The position numbers and the translations under genes are program-made. From Dendrobates tinctorius (Eukaryota): a DNA stretch of 64,000 bases. Below, one piece after another: positions 48,552 through 62,554 of this stretch (positions are counted from its first letter, which is position 1; each line of letters begins with the position of its first letter). The notes under the pieces were generated by a model, which was not told the DNA's origin, did no database searches, and saw only the letters and a list, made by a program, of their open reading frames with translations. The stretch lies in NCBI RefSeq assembly GCF_039654945.1, contig NW_027361763.1:28334001-28398000 (forward strand), in the 5' to 3' direction.

Positions 48552-50066
48552 TTCATCAATTCTGATATTTTGCAATCATTCTATTCTTGTATTAACCCCA
48601 TATGAGCCGGTAACCAAGTCTTCGGAATTATATGACACTATACTACAAAACTACTTACAAAGGATCAGTGGTAAATGTTGGATATTTTTTTCTAATTTCC
48701 AGTAAAGATATGGTTTCACGGGAAAAGTGCCAAAATTGACAGGGTACACCTTACCTGTGGAATACATACATACCGTAATGTGGAACTACTTTTGTATACA
48801 GTGCTGAGTGCCACCATTTTGGTGTCCTTATTTGCACTTTTTATGCATGTTATTTTGTATTGTCTTATGTGCCAATAAAGAGTTTTTATACAAGTTTTTT
48901 GAAAAACCGCTCCTATGGACCTCCTTTTTCTAAATATGTGATCTCTGGAGAGGTTTGTTAGTAGCTAAGTGAATTTCACTTTGCGAACGAATCAATTGGA
49001 GTCTGGGTTTTTGTTTTTTGTTCTCCTTCCATTCAGCACTTGACCCATCCATTTGAACATTTTCACTGCCCCCAGACCCCTTTCCAGGGTTTTAAAGAAA
49101 AAAAAAAGCTTGACTTTCACATTGACTCCCAAACGAGCACCTCACCATTTTAGTCCTCGCTCATCACTAGTCTCTACTAATTCCAACCAGAGCGCCCCTA
49201 TAATGATGAGCTTCATCCCCAACATCCCAGTAATATCTACGGTCATTTTTCTGCTAGAAAGTCAAGTCTAGGAGACTCCTGTGGTGTCTGCTCCTCCCCA
49301 GTGTAAAGCTCTTGGCCGGGTGTGGACCTTCCACTTCAGAGCTGCAGGGTAACAAGTTTCATTCCCCGGGGGCTGATAATGACTGACCTGATAACAAGGG
49401 GACTCTTATGGCCTTGTATGAACAGAAGAACCACCCTGAGGCCCAATGTGCCCTAGAGGCAAATCTAACATCTGCACAGCTTTAGGGCGGTTTCACACAT
49501 CCAGATAATTCTGGTACTGGGAAAACTGGTACCGGAGTGGTCCGTGTGGATACGTGTGCTATCCGTATTTCCGTGTGTACCATCCGTGTGTGATCCGTGT
49601 CCTGTCCGTATGTCCGTGTAGTGAAATAATTGGTTTCAATATTAACCCTTTGACTCCTAAAAACGCACACGGATGGCACACGGACGCCATCCGTGTGCGG
49701 TACGTGTTTACACGGACCCATTGACTTGTATTGGTCCATGTGATCTGTGCTGTTGCACAAAAACGGACATGTCAACGTATTGTGCACACGGACACAGTCC
49801 GTGAAAACACGCTGACATCTGCATAGACATATTCATTAGAATGTGTGTCTATGTGTGTCAGTGTCTCCGGTACGTGAGAAAACTGTCACTACATGTACCG
49901 GAGCCACTGACATGTGAAACCGGCCGTACTGAGCCCTTCACTCCCCAAATGTATGGAGACCTCTATTGTGTGCTGATTGCTACAACTAGGATGAACCTTT
50001 TTAATGCCTTTTTTTTGGGAGGGGAGGTAAAAGTGTAAAAGTATATTGGCAAGATTTATATCTTTA

Positions 50067-51039
50067 CTAGATTATGGCCCGATGCTATCGCATCGGGAGG
50101 ATGCGATAGCATCACACCTCTTGCCATGTTAACCCTCAACACACACACTCCTCAACACACACTCCTCTCATCTTTCACCATCTCCACTCACTCTTTCACT
50201 CCACATACGACCCCTTCTCTCACTCCGTCTCTCATACTCACGCCGTCATCGCCGCAGCTCCACGATCCCCGACATCTTCTTCCGCCGGCGCCATCCTGGA
50301 TCCAGACGTTGTCCACGCCGGCGACATGTTCTTGCGGCGACGCCATCTTGAGTATCGTGAAATCCCGCGATAGTCAAGATGGCGTCGCCGGAAGAACATG
50401 TCGCCGGCGTGGACGACGTCGGGATCCAAAATGGCGTCGGCGAAATCTCGCGAGTTTTCGCCGACGCCATTTTGGATCCCGACGTCGTCCTCGCCAGCGA
50501 CATGTTCTTGCGGAGACGCCATCTTGACTATCGCGGGATTTCGCCGATCCAAAATGGCGTCGCCGCAAGAACATGTCGCCGGCGTGGACGACATCGGGAT
50601 CCAAAATGACGTCGGCGTAATCTCGCGAGATTTCGCGGACGCCATCTTTTTGGATCCCGAGTCGTCCACGCCAGCGACATGTTCTTGCGGCGACGCCATC
50701 TTGAATATCGCGGGATTTCACGAAATCCAAGATGGCGTCGCCGCAAGAACATGTCGGCGGCCTGGAGAACGTCTGGATCCAGGATCGCGGCGGCGGAGGA
50801 AGATGTCGGGGCAGCGACGATGACGGTGTGAGTATGAGAAACGGAGTGAGAGAAAGGAACTTATGTGGAGTGAAAGAGTGAGTGGACGTGAGTGGAGGTG
50901 AAAGGTGAGAGGAGTGTGTGTTGAGGTGGTGTGGTGTGTTGAGGGTTAACATGTGCGTGTGTGTGCGGTGACGTCACCGGTTACAACTGGACGGAAGTTG
51001 TTACAACCGGAAGCTGCTTAGGGCATTTATTATTAGAGA
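50067..51039 (-). mobile_element. Helitron copy with perfect subterminal hairpin CCCGATGC-N4-GCATCGGG
   Basis: Same termini and insertion site. Confidence 0.88.
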
Positions 51040-51728
51040 TAAAAGCTGCTCAATAACTACATTATAAAAAAGTTTAACCCCTTCATCTCTGGCCATTTTC
51101 CGTTTTTCACTCTCCTTCCCAGAGCCACCATATTTTTCAGATTTTTCTGCCAACATGGCCGTGTGAAGGCTTTTTTTTTTTTTTTGTAGGAGTAGTTGCA
51201 TTTTGGAGAAGCATCAATGATTTTACCATATAGTGTAACTAAAAAAAAAAAAAAAACAGAAAAACAATCCAGCTGCTGTGAAATTGGAAAAAAAAAAAAG
51301 TGCAATTTTCTCAATTTTTTTTTACCCAGTTCACTAAATGTTAATACTGACCCCGCATTATGATTCTCCAGGTCATTACAAGTTCACAGGTGCCAAAGAT
51401 TTCTAGGTTCTTTTTTTTTAAATTATTTAAGTGGTGAGAAAAATCCAAAATTTGTCAGCTTATGCTGCGGTGACCAAACAAAAAAAAAAACAAGAAAAAC
51501 AAAAATCAGTATAATTCTTTTTATATTTTGATAACATCGGCCGTTCCTTATACCAATTTTTATTTTTTTATTATTGTTCTATTTTGAATGGGCAAAACTT
51601 AAATAGGTTTAAAAACTTTTTTTTCTACTTTGAATTTAGCTGTCATGTGCTGGAGAAGATGTCAGCTCAGCGCCGGAGCCCGCATTAAAGTGGAAGACAC
51701 GACTTAAAACGTTTTTAGGAGTGATAAG

Positions 51729-54700
51729 TAGTGTTGAGCATTCCGATACCGCAAGTATCGGGTATCGGCCGATACTTGCTGTATCGGAATTCCGATACCG
51801 ACTTCCGATATTTTTTCAATATCGGAATTCGGCATCGGAATCGGAAGTTCAGTTGATTGACGGCCTGACGTCATCATGATGCGCGGTGTGTGCGCATCAT
51901 GATGCGCCGTCATTTCGGGCCTGCCGGGGGTCTCTGCCGGCCTGCCGGGGGGCTGTGCCGGCCTGCCGGGGGGCTGTGTGGACTGCCCGGGGTGTGTACC
52001 GGCCTGCCGGGGGGCTGTGCCGGCCTGCCGGTGGTCTGTGCACCCTGTGGGGGTCTGTACCGGCCTGCCGGGGGGCTGTGCCGGCCTGCCGGGGGGCTGT
52101 GCCGGCCTGCCGGGGGGCTGTGCTGATGTCCGGGGGTCTGTGCAAGCATCGTCCGATGGGACTACAAGTCCCATCGGGCGATGCCTGCTACCATGACAGT
52201 GATTGACACATTAGCCAATGATGGGACAGTAGTAGTCCCATCATCCGGCTAATGTGTTAAATGTTAAAAAAAAAAAAAAAATACTAAATACATACTACAT
52301 GCATGCTACATACATACTACATGCTACATACATACTACATATATACTACATACATACTACATACATGCTACATACATACTACATGCATGCTACATACATA
52401 CTACATATATACTACATACATGCTACATACATACTGCATGCTACATACATACTACATACATACTACATACATACTACATGCATGCTACATACATACTACA
52501 TATATACTACATGCATGCTACATACATACTACATACTACATACATACTACATACATACTACATACATACTACATGCTACATACATACCACATACATACTA
52601 CATACATACTACATACTACATATATACTACATGCATGCTACATACATACTACATGCTACATACATACCACATATATACTACATACATACAATACATACTA
52701 CATACATACTACATACATACTACATGCATGCTACATACATACTACATGCTACATACATACCACATACATACTACATACATACTACATGCTACATACATAC
52801 TACATATATACTACATGCATGCTACATACATACTACATGCTACATACATACCACATACATACTACATACATACTACATGCTACATACATACTACATATAT
52901 ACTACATGCATGCTACATACATACTACATGCTACATACATACCACATACATACTACATACATACTACATACATACTACATGCTACATACATACTACATAT
53001 ATACTACATGCATGCTACATACATACTACATTTCCCACACAGCAATGGCATAAAGTGAGACTAGGGACTTTTTCTTTTTTAAGTGGCGGAGGAATACAGT
53101 GCGGAAGGATACCTACCTTCCGTCATTGGATTCCTGCAGCCCGTAGAGAACGGCAGCAACAGCTGATGCTGCAGTTCTCTACCCAAGATCGTCGTGGGAC
53201 ACACTCGTGGACTGCTTCGGATCGTGGGTGAGTATTTTTGTGGTTTGTTATGTTAATATTTATTCCGTAGACGACAATGGCTTCGGGGAACAATGTGACA
53301 ACTATTGGTAAGTATGTTACTCTATGTTATATGTACTGTATGTCTATGTATGTATTGTATGAATGTATTGTATGTATGTAGTATATATGTGGTATGTATG
53401 TAGCATGTAGTATGTATGTAGTATGTATGTAGCATGCATGTAGCATGCAGTATGTATGTAGCATGCATGTAGTATATATGTAGTATGTATGTAGCATGTA
53501 GTATGTATGTAGTATGTATGTAGTATGTATGTGGTATGTATGTAGCATGCATGTAGTATATATGTAGTATGTATGTAGCATGTAGTATGTATGTAGTATG
53601 TATGTGGTATGTATGTAGCATGTAGTATGTATGTAGCATGCATGTAGTATATATGTAGTATGTATGTAGCATGTAGTATGTATGTAGTATGTATGTAGTA
53701 TGTATTGTATGTATGTAGTATATATGTGGTATGTATGTAGCATGTAGTATGTATGTAGCATGCATGTAGTATATATGTAGTATGTATGTAGTATGTATGT
53801 GGTATGTATGTAGCATGTATGTATGTAGCATGCATGTAGCATGTATGTAGTATGTAGTATGCATGTAGTATATATGTAGTATGTATGTAGCATGCATGTA
53901 GTATGTATGTAGTATGTATGTAGTATGTATGTAGCATGCAGTATGTATGTAGCATGTATGTAGTATATATGTAGTATGTATGTAGCATGCATGTAGTATG
54001 TATGTAGCATGCATGTAGTATGTATGTAGCATGTATGTAGTATGTATGTAGTATATATGTAGTATGTATGTAGCATGTAGTATGTATGTAGCATGCATGT
54101 AGTATGTATGTAGCATGCATGTAGTATATATGTAGTATGTATGTAGCATGCATGTAGTATATATGTAGTATGTATGTGGTATGTATGTAGCATGTAGTAT
54201 GTATGTAGTATGTATGTAGCATGTAGTATGTATGTAGTATGTATGTAGCATGCATGTAGTATGTATGTAGCATGTATGTAGTATGTATGTAGTATATATG
54301 TAGTATGTATGTAGCATGTAGTATGTATGTAGCATGCATGTAGTATGTATGTAGCATGCATGTAGTATATATGTAGTATGTATGTAGCATGCATGTAGTA
54401 TATATGTAGTATGTATGTGGTATGTATGTAGCATGTAGTATGTATGTAGCATGTAGTATGTAGCATGCATGTAGTATATATGTAGTATGTATGTAGCATG
54501 TAGTATGTATGTAGCATGCATGTAGTATATATGTATGTAGCATGTAGTATGTATGTAGCATGCATGTAGTATGTATGTAGCATGTAATTTTTTTTTTTTT
54601 TTTACATTTAACACATTAGCCGGATGATGGGACTACTACTGTCCCATCATTGGCTAATGTGTCAATCACTGTCATGGTAGCAGGCATCGCCCGATGGGAC

Positions 54701-55075
54701 TTGTAGTCCCATCGGACGATGCCTGCACAGCCCACCGGCAGGCCGGCACAGCCCACCGGCAGGCCGGCACAGCCCCCCGGCAGGCCGGCACAGCCCCCCG
54801 GCAGGCCGGCACAGACCACCGGCAGGCCGGCACAGACCACCGGAGCCTGCACAGACCCCCTGGCAGGCCGGCACAGCCCCCCGAAAGGCCCGTACAGACC
54901 CCAGAGAGGCTGTACAAGGGCAGGAAAGGGTTTTTCTTATTCCGATACCGGAAGTCCCATAGACTTGAATGGGACTTCCGGTATCGGAATCGGCGATACC
55001 GATACTTTTTTTAAAGATCGGCCGATACCATCCGATACGATACTTTGAAGTATCGGACGGTATCGCTCAACTCTA
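51729..55075. mobile_element. Non-autonomous hAT element, 3347 bp, near-palindromic with inverted satellite arms; only in the copy 3-4 spacer
   Basis: TIRs TAGTGTTGAGC / GCTCAACTCTA; perfect 8-bp TSD GTGATAAG; empty site in the other units. Confidence 0.93.
52280..54586. repeat. Compound (CATACATACTA/CATGCTA)n satellite at 52280-53030 and its reverse complement at 53340-54586
   Basis: Read directly from the sequence. Confidence 0.95.
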
Positions 55076-55670
55076 GTGATAAGCATTACAGTGAGACACT
55101 TGAGAACTAGTGAAGAGCGAACATCCTGGGGTAACGTGTTATCGAGCATGCTCAGGTTGTTATCTGAGTATCTTGGGCGTGCTTGAATAATATGTTCGAG
55201 TCCCCGGGGCACCGTTTGTCGCGGCTTTTAGACAGCAGTCACACATGCGGGATTTCCTGTTTGTGTGTTGCGACTGTCTAACAGCCGCGAGACTTGCAGC
55301 GGTGGGGACTCCAAACATATTATTCGAACACACCCAAGATACTCGGGTAGCACCTCAGCATGCTCAATAACACGTTATCCGAGGACATTCGCTCATCAAT
55401 AATGAGAACGAATTCTAAGAGAAGAGATTGACCACAAAAAGATAATTTGGTAAAAAGTATAAAAATGTTTTATTTAAAAGTGTAGAATAAATACCAGTAT
55501 AAAACATCTGATTTAAATAAAATAAACAAAATATAAAAATTGCACTGGTCCTTCACGAGCCACCATAGGGGCTGAGATGTATCATAGAACATTGGGTTGG
55601 GAACCCTGTCTGAGTCATATGCCTGTCTGACTCTTCTCTAATAGTCCAGAGAAGATAAAGTGGTGGAGTT

Positions 55671-56822
55671 CTACTGATCCACTTCTACCTCATCCTGTCC
55701 TTCAATCTTGGTGGGGTCTAGGGATGGTGGTTCTTCGGGAAGGACTCTAAATTTTGGCAGCGTGGAATTCTTCTGTTCCAGACTTTGCTTTCTCCACTTA
55801 ATCCGGCGGTTCTGGAACCAGACCTTCACCTGTGAAGAAAGGAGAAGACGTTGTTGATAACTGGGATCTGGCAAATATGTGAAACTCTTTAGTTACATCA
55901 CAGTGACCCAAATTATGAGTGTGACTATATATAGGAAAATTCCAAAGCAAATGTGTTCAGCTAAAAAAAAATACATTGTCAAACCAAAAAGGGCTCAAGT
56001 TGAACAACAGTTACAAAGAGCATGTACCGGCTCTTACCTGGGTTTCTGTGAGGCCAAGTGTGGCAGCCAAGTCCACCCGCTCTGTCCCCACCATATACTG
56101 CTGCTTTACGAATTCCTTCTCCAGCCTTTCCAGCTGTTCTGGAGTGAAAACTGTCCTAAATCTCTTCAGCTTGTGGGATCCTGTGTTGCAGGGCAGAGAT
56201 CCTATTGGGCAGTTGGTGAAGGACGAATAACCTGGAAGAAGCAGAAGGTGGCGCTGTCAGAGAAAGAAAGAAAGAAAGAAAGACGCTCCTTGGACTGGAG
56301 AGCACAGACCTACAACTTCTCATAGTGAGATTCAAGATAACTATTCTGATGTGAGAAATACAAGTCTCAGCAATTCTTATCCTGAAGAACAAAAATCCAC
56401 ATCTCTCCTGATATAACCAACTGTTTGTAGAGATATTATTAGCACCAAAAACTAATTATTAGATAGAATTAATATAGCATAAGGAGTGTGGACTCACCTC
56501 TGTGGCTGCACAGGGGGTCTGGACATCTGCACCCTCGGCTGAAGTGCTGCTGGGGTTGGACATAGCCAGGGAAGGCTGCAGGTTGGCAGAGCCACACTGG
56601 AGAGTAGGACATGGCCCCATAGGTATAGCCATGGGGTGCAGGGGGCATCTGCCAGACGGGTTCCTGCACAATGACTCGGGGAGCCCGTCTGTCCTCCCTG
56701 GACAATATCGAGTCTATATCAAAGGCGTTCCTTGGTCTTGTCTGGTCCCGCATGGCCGCTGGCAGAGCAGGAGTCTGATCCAAATGGTGGCCAAGCCTTG
56801 GGAAGATGGGAGTAGGCTGCAT
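55671..56822 (-). CDS. noto: Not homeobox protein, copy 4; exons 56822-56498, 56231-56038, 55829-55671
   Basis: Intact splice sites and frame; nearly identical to copy 3. Confidence 0.93.
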
Positions 56823-57160
56823 GATGGCTGCGAGAAGGGAAAGTATCCTCAGGTGATTAGAAGTTCCAGGAGCAGGTGATCTCTGCTGGAGAATGTAGGG
56901 TCCTGAGCTCTGAGCCTCCTTATATCCAGATCTGGGCTCTGTGAAATGCAAATACACAATTAGCATGCCAATAGCCCAGAGCAGAGATCAGCACTGAGTC
57001 GAGGAGTGGGCTCGGCACACAGACCCCACACTGCCCCCGAGAGGAGAGGAAATGGCCATGGGGCAAAGCTTCCTACAACCTCCCAGAGCTGGACCCAAAA
57101 TCCAGAGGACACAGGACACCTGTAATGAATCCATAATTAGCGGGAATCGTGTGATGAGTG

Positions 57161-57201
<41 letters not shown>

Positions 57202-57556
57202 ATATATCCATGTATCTATATACCGACCTGTGATCCACCCGTCCACGGGGTGCAGGATTCTGTTATCTGCTCATCTATGTATACAGCTCATATTTAGCTG
57301 GTAGTTATTAATGGATCTCATATTTCACTGATTATCGACTTATCTATGTATCTAACGCTACATCTCACATATTTATTATCTATCATGTTTATCTGTCTAT
57401 TTATCTCATAACTGTTATCTACTTATTTATGTATCGATCTCCTATTTATTTATTGTTCTACACCGGCAGAAATAGAAATAATGGATGGATAGAAACTAGA
57501 TAAAGACGGACTTTATAGGATGTGAGAACAATCCACAGAATTGCTTTAAAAGGCTA

Positions 57557-57609
<53 letters not shown>

Positions 57610-59717
57610 CGTTATTATTTATTATTATTGATAAATTGTATATGATTATCTCCAGATCTCCGGCCCCCGCTATCAGTAGCCGCCTAATATCCTCTGAGGG
57701 CAGCGCCCCCGTGTGTCTCCATATCTGCTGTTCTCGCCGGTCCTGGTAATTACAGAGAATTGCTCTAATGATACATTACACTGAGGAGAGATCCCCAGAT
57801 CTCAGGAGATCTCCAGGACCAAAACACCGAGCAAGAGGCACAAAGTCGCTTTCTACATTGATGAGGATCGAAATGTGTAATAACCGGACATTAGACAGAT
57901 CCATAATGATCTCCTCTCTGCTGCCAGGGTGGGCTCTCCTGGGGTCATACCGGGGTCCAGCTCTGATCTCCTTATATTATGGATTTTTTAGGGACATATT
58001 TTCCATTTCTCTTTATATTCATCCATCTCTTACTTTCTAAATAAATTTCATCATTGAAACATTTTTAGTAAATTGTGAAATATCTTTTTTATTTTCTCAT
58101 TTTCAAAGTAAAATTTTTCCTCCTTTATTCTCCCAGACAATAGATGATTGTACAATGTGACACTTACATTTTATTTCTGTTGTATACATTCAGTAGACGA
58201 CTTGGAAACAATCAAGCTTTTCACTGGTTTTCTTTTTGCTCCAGTTTTGCTATTTTTTTTCTTATGACAGAGATCTGATATTTTTTACATTTTCACTTTG
58301 ACAATGTCTTTACACGTATAAGGCTATGTGCACACGTAATTGGAAATGCTGCGGATTTTGAAAAATCCACAGGTCAAAATACCTGCGGTTTAGCCCTGCG
58401 GTTTCATACATCACAATGGTGAAGGTGTGAAACCGCAGCGGAATCCGCACCAAGAATTGACATGCTGCGGATTGTAACCCACGGAAAAATCTGCAGCATG
58501 TGCACAGCGTTTTTGGTTTTACCATTGAAAACAATGGTACTGTACAACACAGCAGAATCTACACCGTGTGCACAAAGCCTAAGTGACTGGGTTTAATAAC
58601 AGAGGTGACGTTGTTTCATTTTTATTCCACTTTTCCCCTCATTTTCATGTCCTTCCTACTTTTTACACTTTTTTTGCTTTACTTGGATTATTGATAATTT
58701 TTTATAGCAAGTCACTAGTTTTGCTTTTTGTTCCAGTGAAGTTTTTTCTTTTCTTTTTTATGTCCTTTCCATTTAACACATATTTCCTCTCTCTTTGTAT
58801 CGCTGTCTTCAGTATAATTAATCTCCTGATAACACCAACAAAGGTCAAACTACTCAAATAAAAAACAGCATCAATTACATAACAATAAAAATACAAACAA
58901 TTACAAAACTGCAGTAAAGGGGGTGAGTGTGTACAGCGCCTGAAGTGGTAATTCATGATCTGTATATCTCATTCCATGTAGCCTAAACATCACGGTATAA
59001 TATCAATGTGTTCCGTCTTCCATGGAGAGACACAGTAGAAATAGAAGTAATGCGCATACAAAATACAAGTCGTCAGACCCCTCAGGAGAATCACAAAACA
59101 TCTCCAGCTTTTATTACCTTTATTTGGGTAGTTTGATCTTTGTTGGCGTTTTCTGTTATTCCTTAAAACTCCCGCCCATTAGCTGCTGCCCCAGAATTGT
59201 TTAATTAATTCTTCTCTTGGTTAGACATTGGGCTGCTCCGACCCCTCATCTCCATACAACGTGTAAGTCTGCATGTGTAGCCCATTCACTATCTCCATCC
59301 ATCCCTCACTCCATCAGGATGGCCGGGCCATCATTGTAAATACACACCTTGGCGCTATATAAAGATTATTATTATTATACAATGAGGTGTGATTGGATAA
59401 TTAGAGGAGATCTGATTCATCAGTGTCGTCTTCTTCTCCTGGTCGGTGTCTGCTGCTTTCTCACCTCGGCCGAGACGGAGGACAATCTCGGTCACTGTAA
59501 GAGATGAAGATGGCGGCAGCTCCGGTGGCTCCAGCCCAACAATCCACATTTGGTGTCAGTTTCTCCATTGTTCTGTGGGAACCCTTGTGCTCCACATATT
59601 GTTCTCAGTTTGACATTTTTCTTTCCTCTTATTCCAGTTCTGATCCTTTATAATGTGATTATTCCGATCATGAAATCACTTTTTCCTTTATCTAAGCATC
59701 AATCCTCCTTATATAAC

Positions 59718-60072
59718 ACCAATCCTCCTCAGATCTCACCGATCCTCCTCAGATCTCACCGATCCTCCTCAGATCTAACCAATCCTCCTCAGATCTCACC
59801 AATCCTCCTCAGATCTCACCAATCCTCCTCAGATCTCACCAGTCCTCCTCAGATCTCACCAGTCCTCCTCAGATCTCACCAGTCCTCCTCAGATCTCACC
59901 AATCCTCCTCAGATCTCACCAATCCTCCTCAGATCTCACCAGTCCTCCTCAGATCTCACCAGTCCTCCTCAGATCTCACCAGTCCTCCTCAGATCTCACC
60001 AGTCCTCCTCAGATCTCACCAGTCCTCCTCAGATCTCACCAGTCCTCCTCAGATCTCACCAGTCCTCCTCAG
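59718..60072. repeat. 20-bp minisatellite, ~17.5 copies, same variant pattern as 8640-8995
   Basis: Visible 20-nt period; the overlapping 178-aa ORFs are identical. Confidence 0.95.
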
Positions 60073-61594
60073 TTCATCAATTCTGATATTTTGCAATCAT
60101 TCTATTCTTGTATTAACCCCATATGAGCCGGTAACCAAGTCTTCGGAATTATATGACACTATACTACAAAACTACTTACAAAGGATCAGTGGTAAATGTT
60201 GGATATTTTTTTCTAATTTCCAGTAAAGATATGGTTTCACGGGAAAAGTGCCAAAATTGACAGGGTACACCTTACCTGTGGAATACATACATACCGTAAT
60301 GTGGAACTACTTTTGTATACAGTGCTGAGTGCCACCATTTTGGTGTCCTTATTTGCACTTTTTATGCATGTTATTTTGTATTGTCTTATGTGCCAATAAA
60401 GAGTTTTTATGCAAGTTTTTTGAAAAACCGCTCCTATGGACCTCCTTTTTCTAAATATGTGATCTCTGGAGAGGTTTGTTAGTAGCTAAGTGAATTTCAC
60501 TTTGCGAACAAATCAATTGGAGTCTGGGTTTTTGTTTTTTGTTCTCCTTCCATTCAGCACTTGACCCATCCATTTGAACATTTTCACTGCCCCCAGACCC
60601 CTTTCCAGGGTTTTAAAGAAAAAAAAAAGCTTGACTTTCACATTGACTCCCAAACGAGCACCTCACCATTTTAGTCCTCGCTCATCACTAGTCTCTACTA
60701 ATTCCAACCAGAGCGCCCCTATAATGATGAGCTTCATCCCCAACATCCCAGTAATATCTACGGTCACTTTTCTGCTAGAAAGTCAAGTCTAGGAGACTCC
60801 TGTGGTGTCTGCTCCTCCCCAGTGTAAAGCTCTTGGCCGGGTGTGGACCTTCCACTTCAGAGCTGCAGGGTAACAAGTTTCATTCCCCGGGGGCTGATAA
60901 TGACTGACCTGATAACAAGGGGCCTCTTATGGCCTTGTATGAACAGAAGAACCACCCTAAGGCCCAATGTGCCCTAGAGGCAAATCTAACATCTACACAG
61001 CTTTAGGGCGGTTTCACACATCCAGATAATTCTGGTACTGGGAAAACTGGTACCGGAGTGGTCCGTGTGGATACGTGTGCTATCCGTATTTCCGTGTGTA
61101 CCATCCGTGTGTGATCCGTGTCCTGTCCGTATGTCCGTGTAGTGAAATAATTGGTTTCAATATTAACCCTTTGACTCCTAAAAACGCACACGGATGGCAC
61201 ACGGACGCCATCCGTGTGCGGTACGTGTTTACACGGACCCATTGACTTGTATTGGTCCATGTGATCTGTGCTGTTGCACAAAAACGGACATGTCAGCGTA
61301 TTGTGCACACGGACACAGTCCGTGAAAACACGCTGACATCTGCATAGACATATTCATTAGAATGTGTGTCTATGTGTGTCAGTGTCTCCGGTACGTGAGA
61401 AAACTGTCACTACATGTACCGGAGCCACTGACATGTGAAACCGGCCGTACTGAGCCCTTCACTCCCCAAATGTATGGAGACCTCTATTGTGTGCTGATTG
61501 CTACAACTAGGATGAACCTTTTTAATGCCTTTTTTTTGGGAGGGGAGGTGGTAAGGTGGGGTGTAAAAGTATATTGGCAAGATTTATATCTTTA

Positions 61595-62554
61595 CTAGAT
61601 TATGGCCCGATGCTATGGCATCGGGAGGATGCGATAGCATCACACCTCTTGCCATGTTAACCCTCAACACACACACTCCTCAACACACACTCCTCTCATC
61701 TTTCACCATCTCCACTCACTCTTTCACTCCACATACGACCCCTTCTCTCACTCCGTCTCTCATACTCACGCCGTCATCGCCGCAGCTCCACGATCCCCGA
61801 CATCTTCTTCCGCCGGCGCCATCCTGGATCCAGACGTTGTCCACGCCGGCGACATGTTCTTGCGGCGACGCCATCTTGAGTATCGTGAAATCCCGCGATA
61901 GTCAAGATGGCGTCGCCGGAAGAACATGTCGCCGGCGTGGACGACGTCGGGATCCAAAATGGCGTCGGCGAAATCTCGCGAGTTTTCGCCGACGCCATTT
62001 TGGATCCCGATGTCGTCCTCGCCAGCGACATGTTCTTGCGGCGACGCCATCTTGACTATCGTGGGATTTCGCCGATCCAAAATGGCGTCGCCGCAAGAAC
62101 ATGTCGCCGGCGTGGACGACATCGGGATCCAAAATGGCGTCGGCGTAATCTTGCGAGATTTCGCGGACGCCATCTTTTTGGATCCCGAGTCGTCCACGCC
62201 AGCGACATGTTCTTGCGGCGACGCCATCTTGAATATCGCGGGATTTCACGAAATCCAAGATGGCGTCGCCGCAAGAACATGTCGGCGGCCTGGAGAACGT
62301 CTGGATCCAGGATCGCGGCGGAGGAAGATGTCGGGGCAGCGACGATGACGGTGTGAGTATGAGAAACGGAGTGAGAGAAAGGAACGTATGTGGAGTGAAA
62401 GAGTGAGTGGAGGTGAAAGGTGAGAGGAGTGTGTGTTGAGGTGGTGTGGTGTGTTGAGGGTTAACATGTGCGTGTGTGTGTGGTGACGTCACCGGTTACA
62501 ACTGGACGGAAGTTGTTACAACCGGAAGCTGCTTAGGGCATTTATTATTAGAGA
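61595..62554 (-). mobile_element. Helitron copy
   Basis: Same termini and insertion site. Confidence 0.88.

Noticed and set aside
51704-52206. Pro/Gly/Arg-rich repeat ORFs (also 54616-55048)
   Set aside because: Arise from GC-rich ~21-bp repeats within the non-autonomous hAT element.
52254-54614. Long His/Tyr/Thr-rich ORFs (up to 430 aa)
   Set aside because: Translations of a stop-free simple satellite, open in all three frames.
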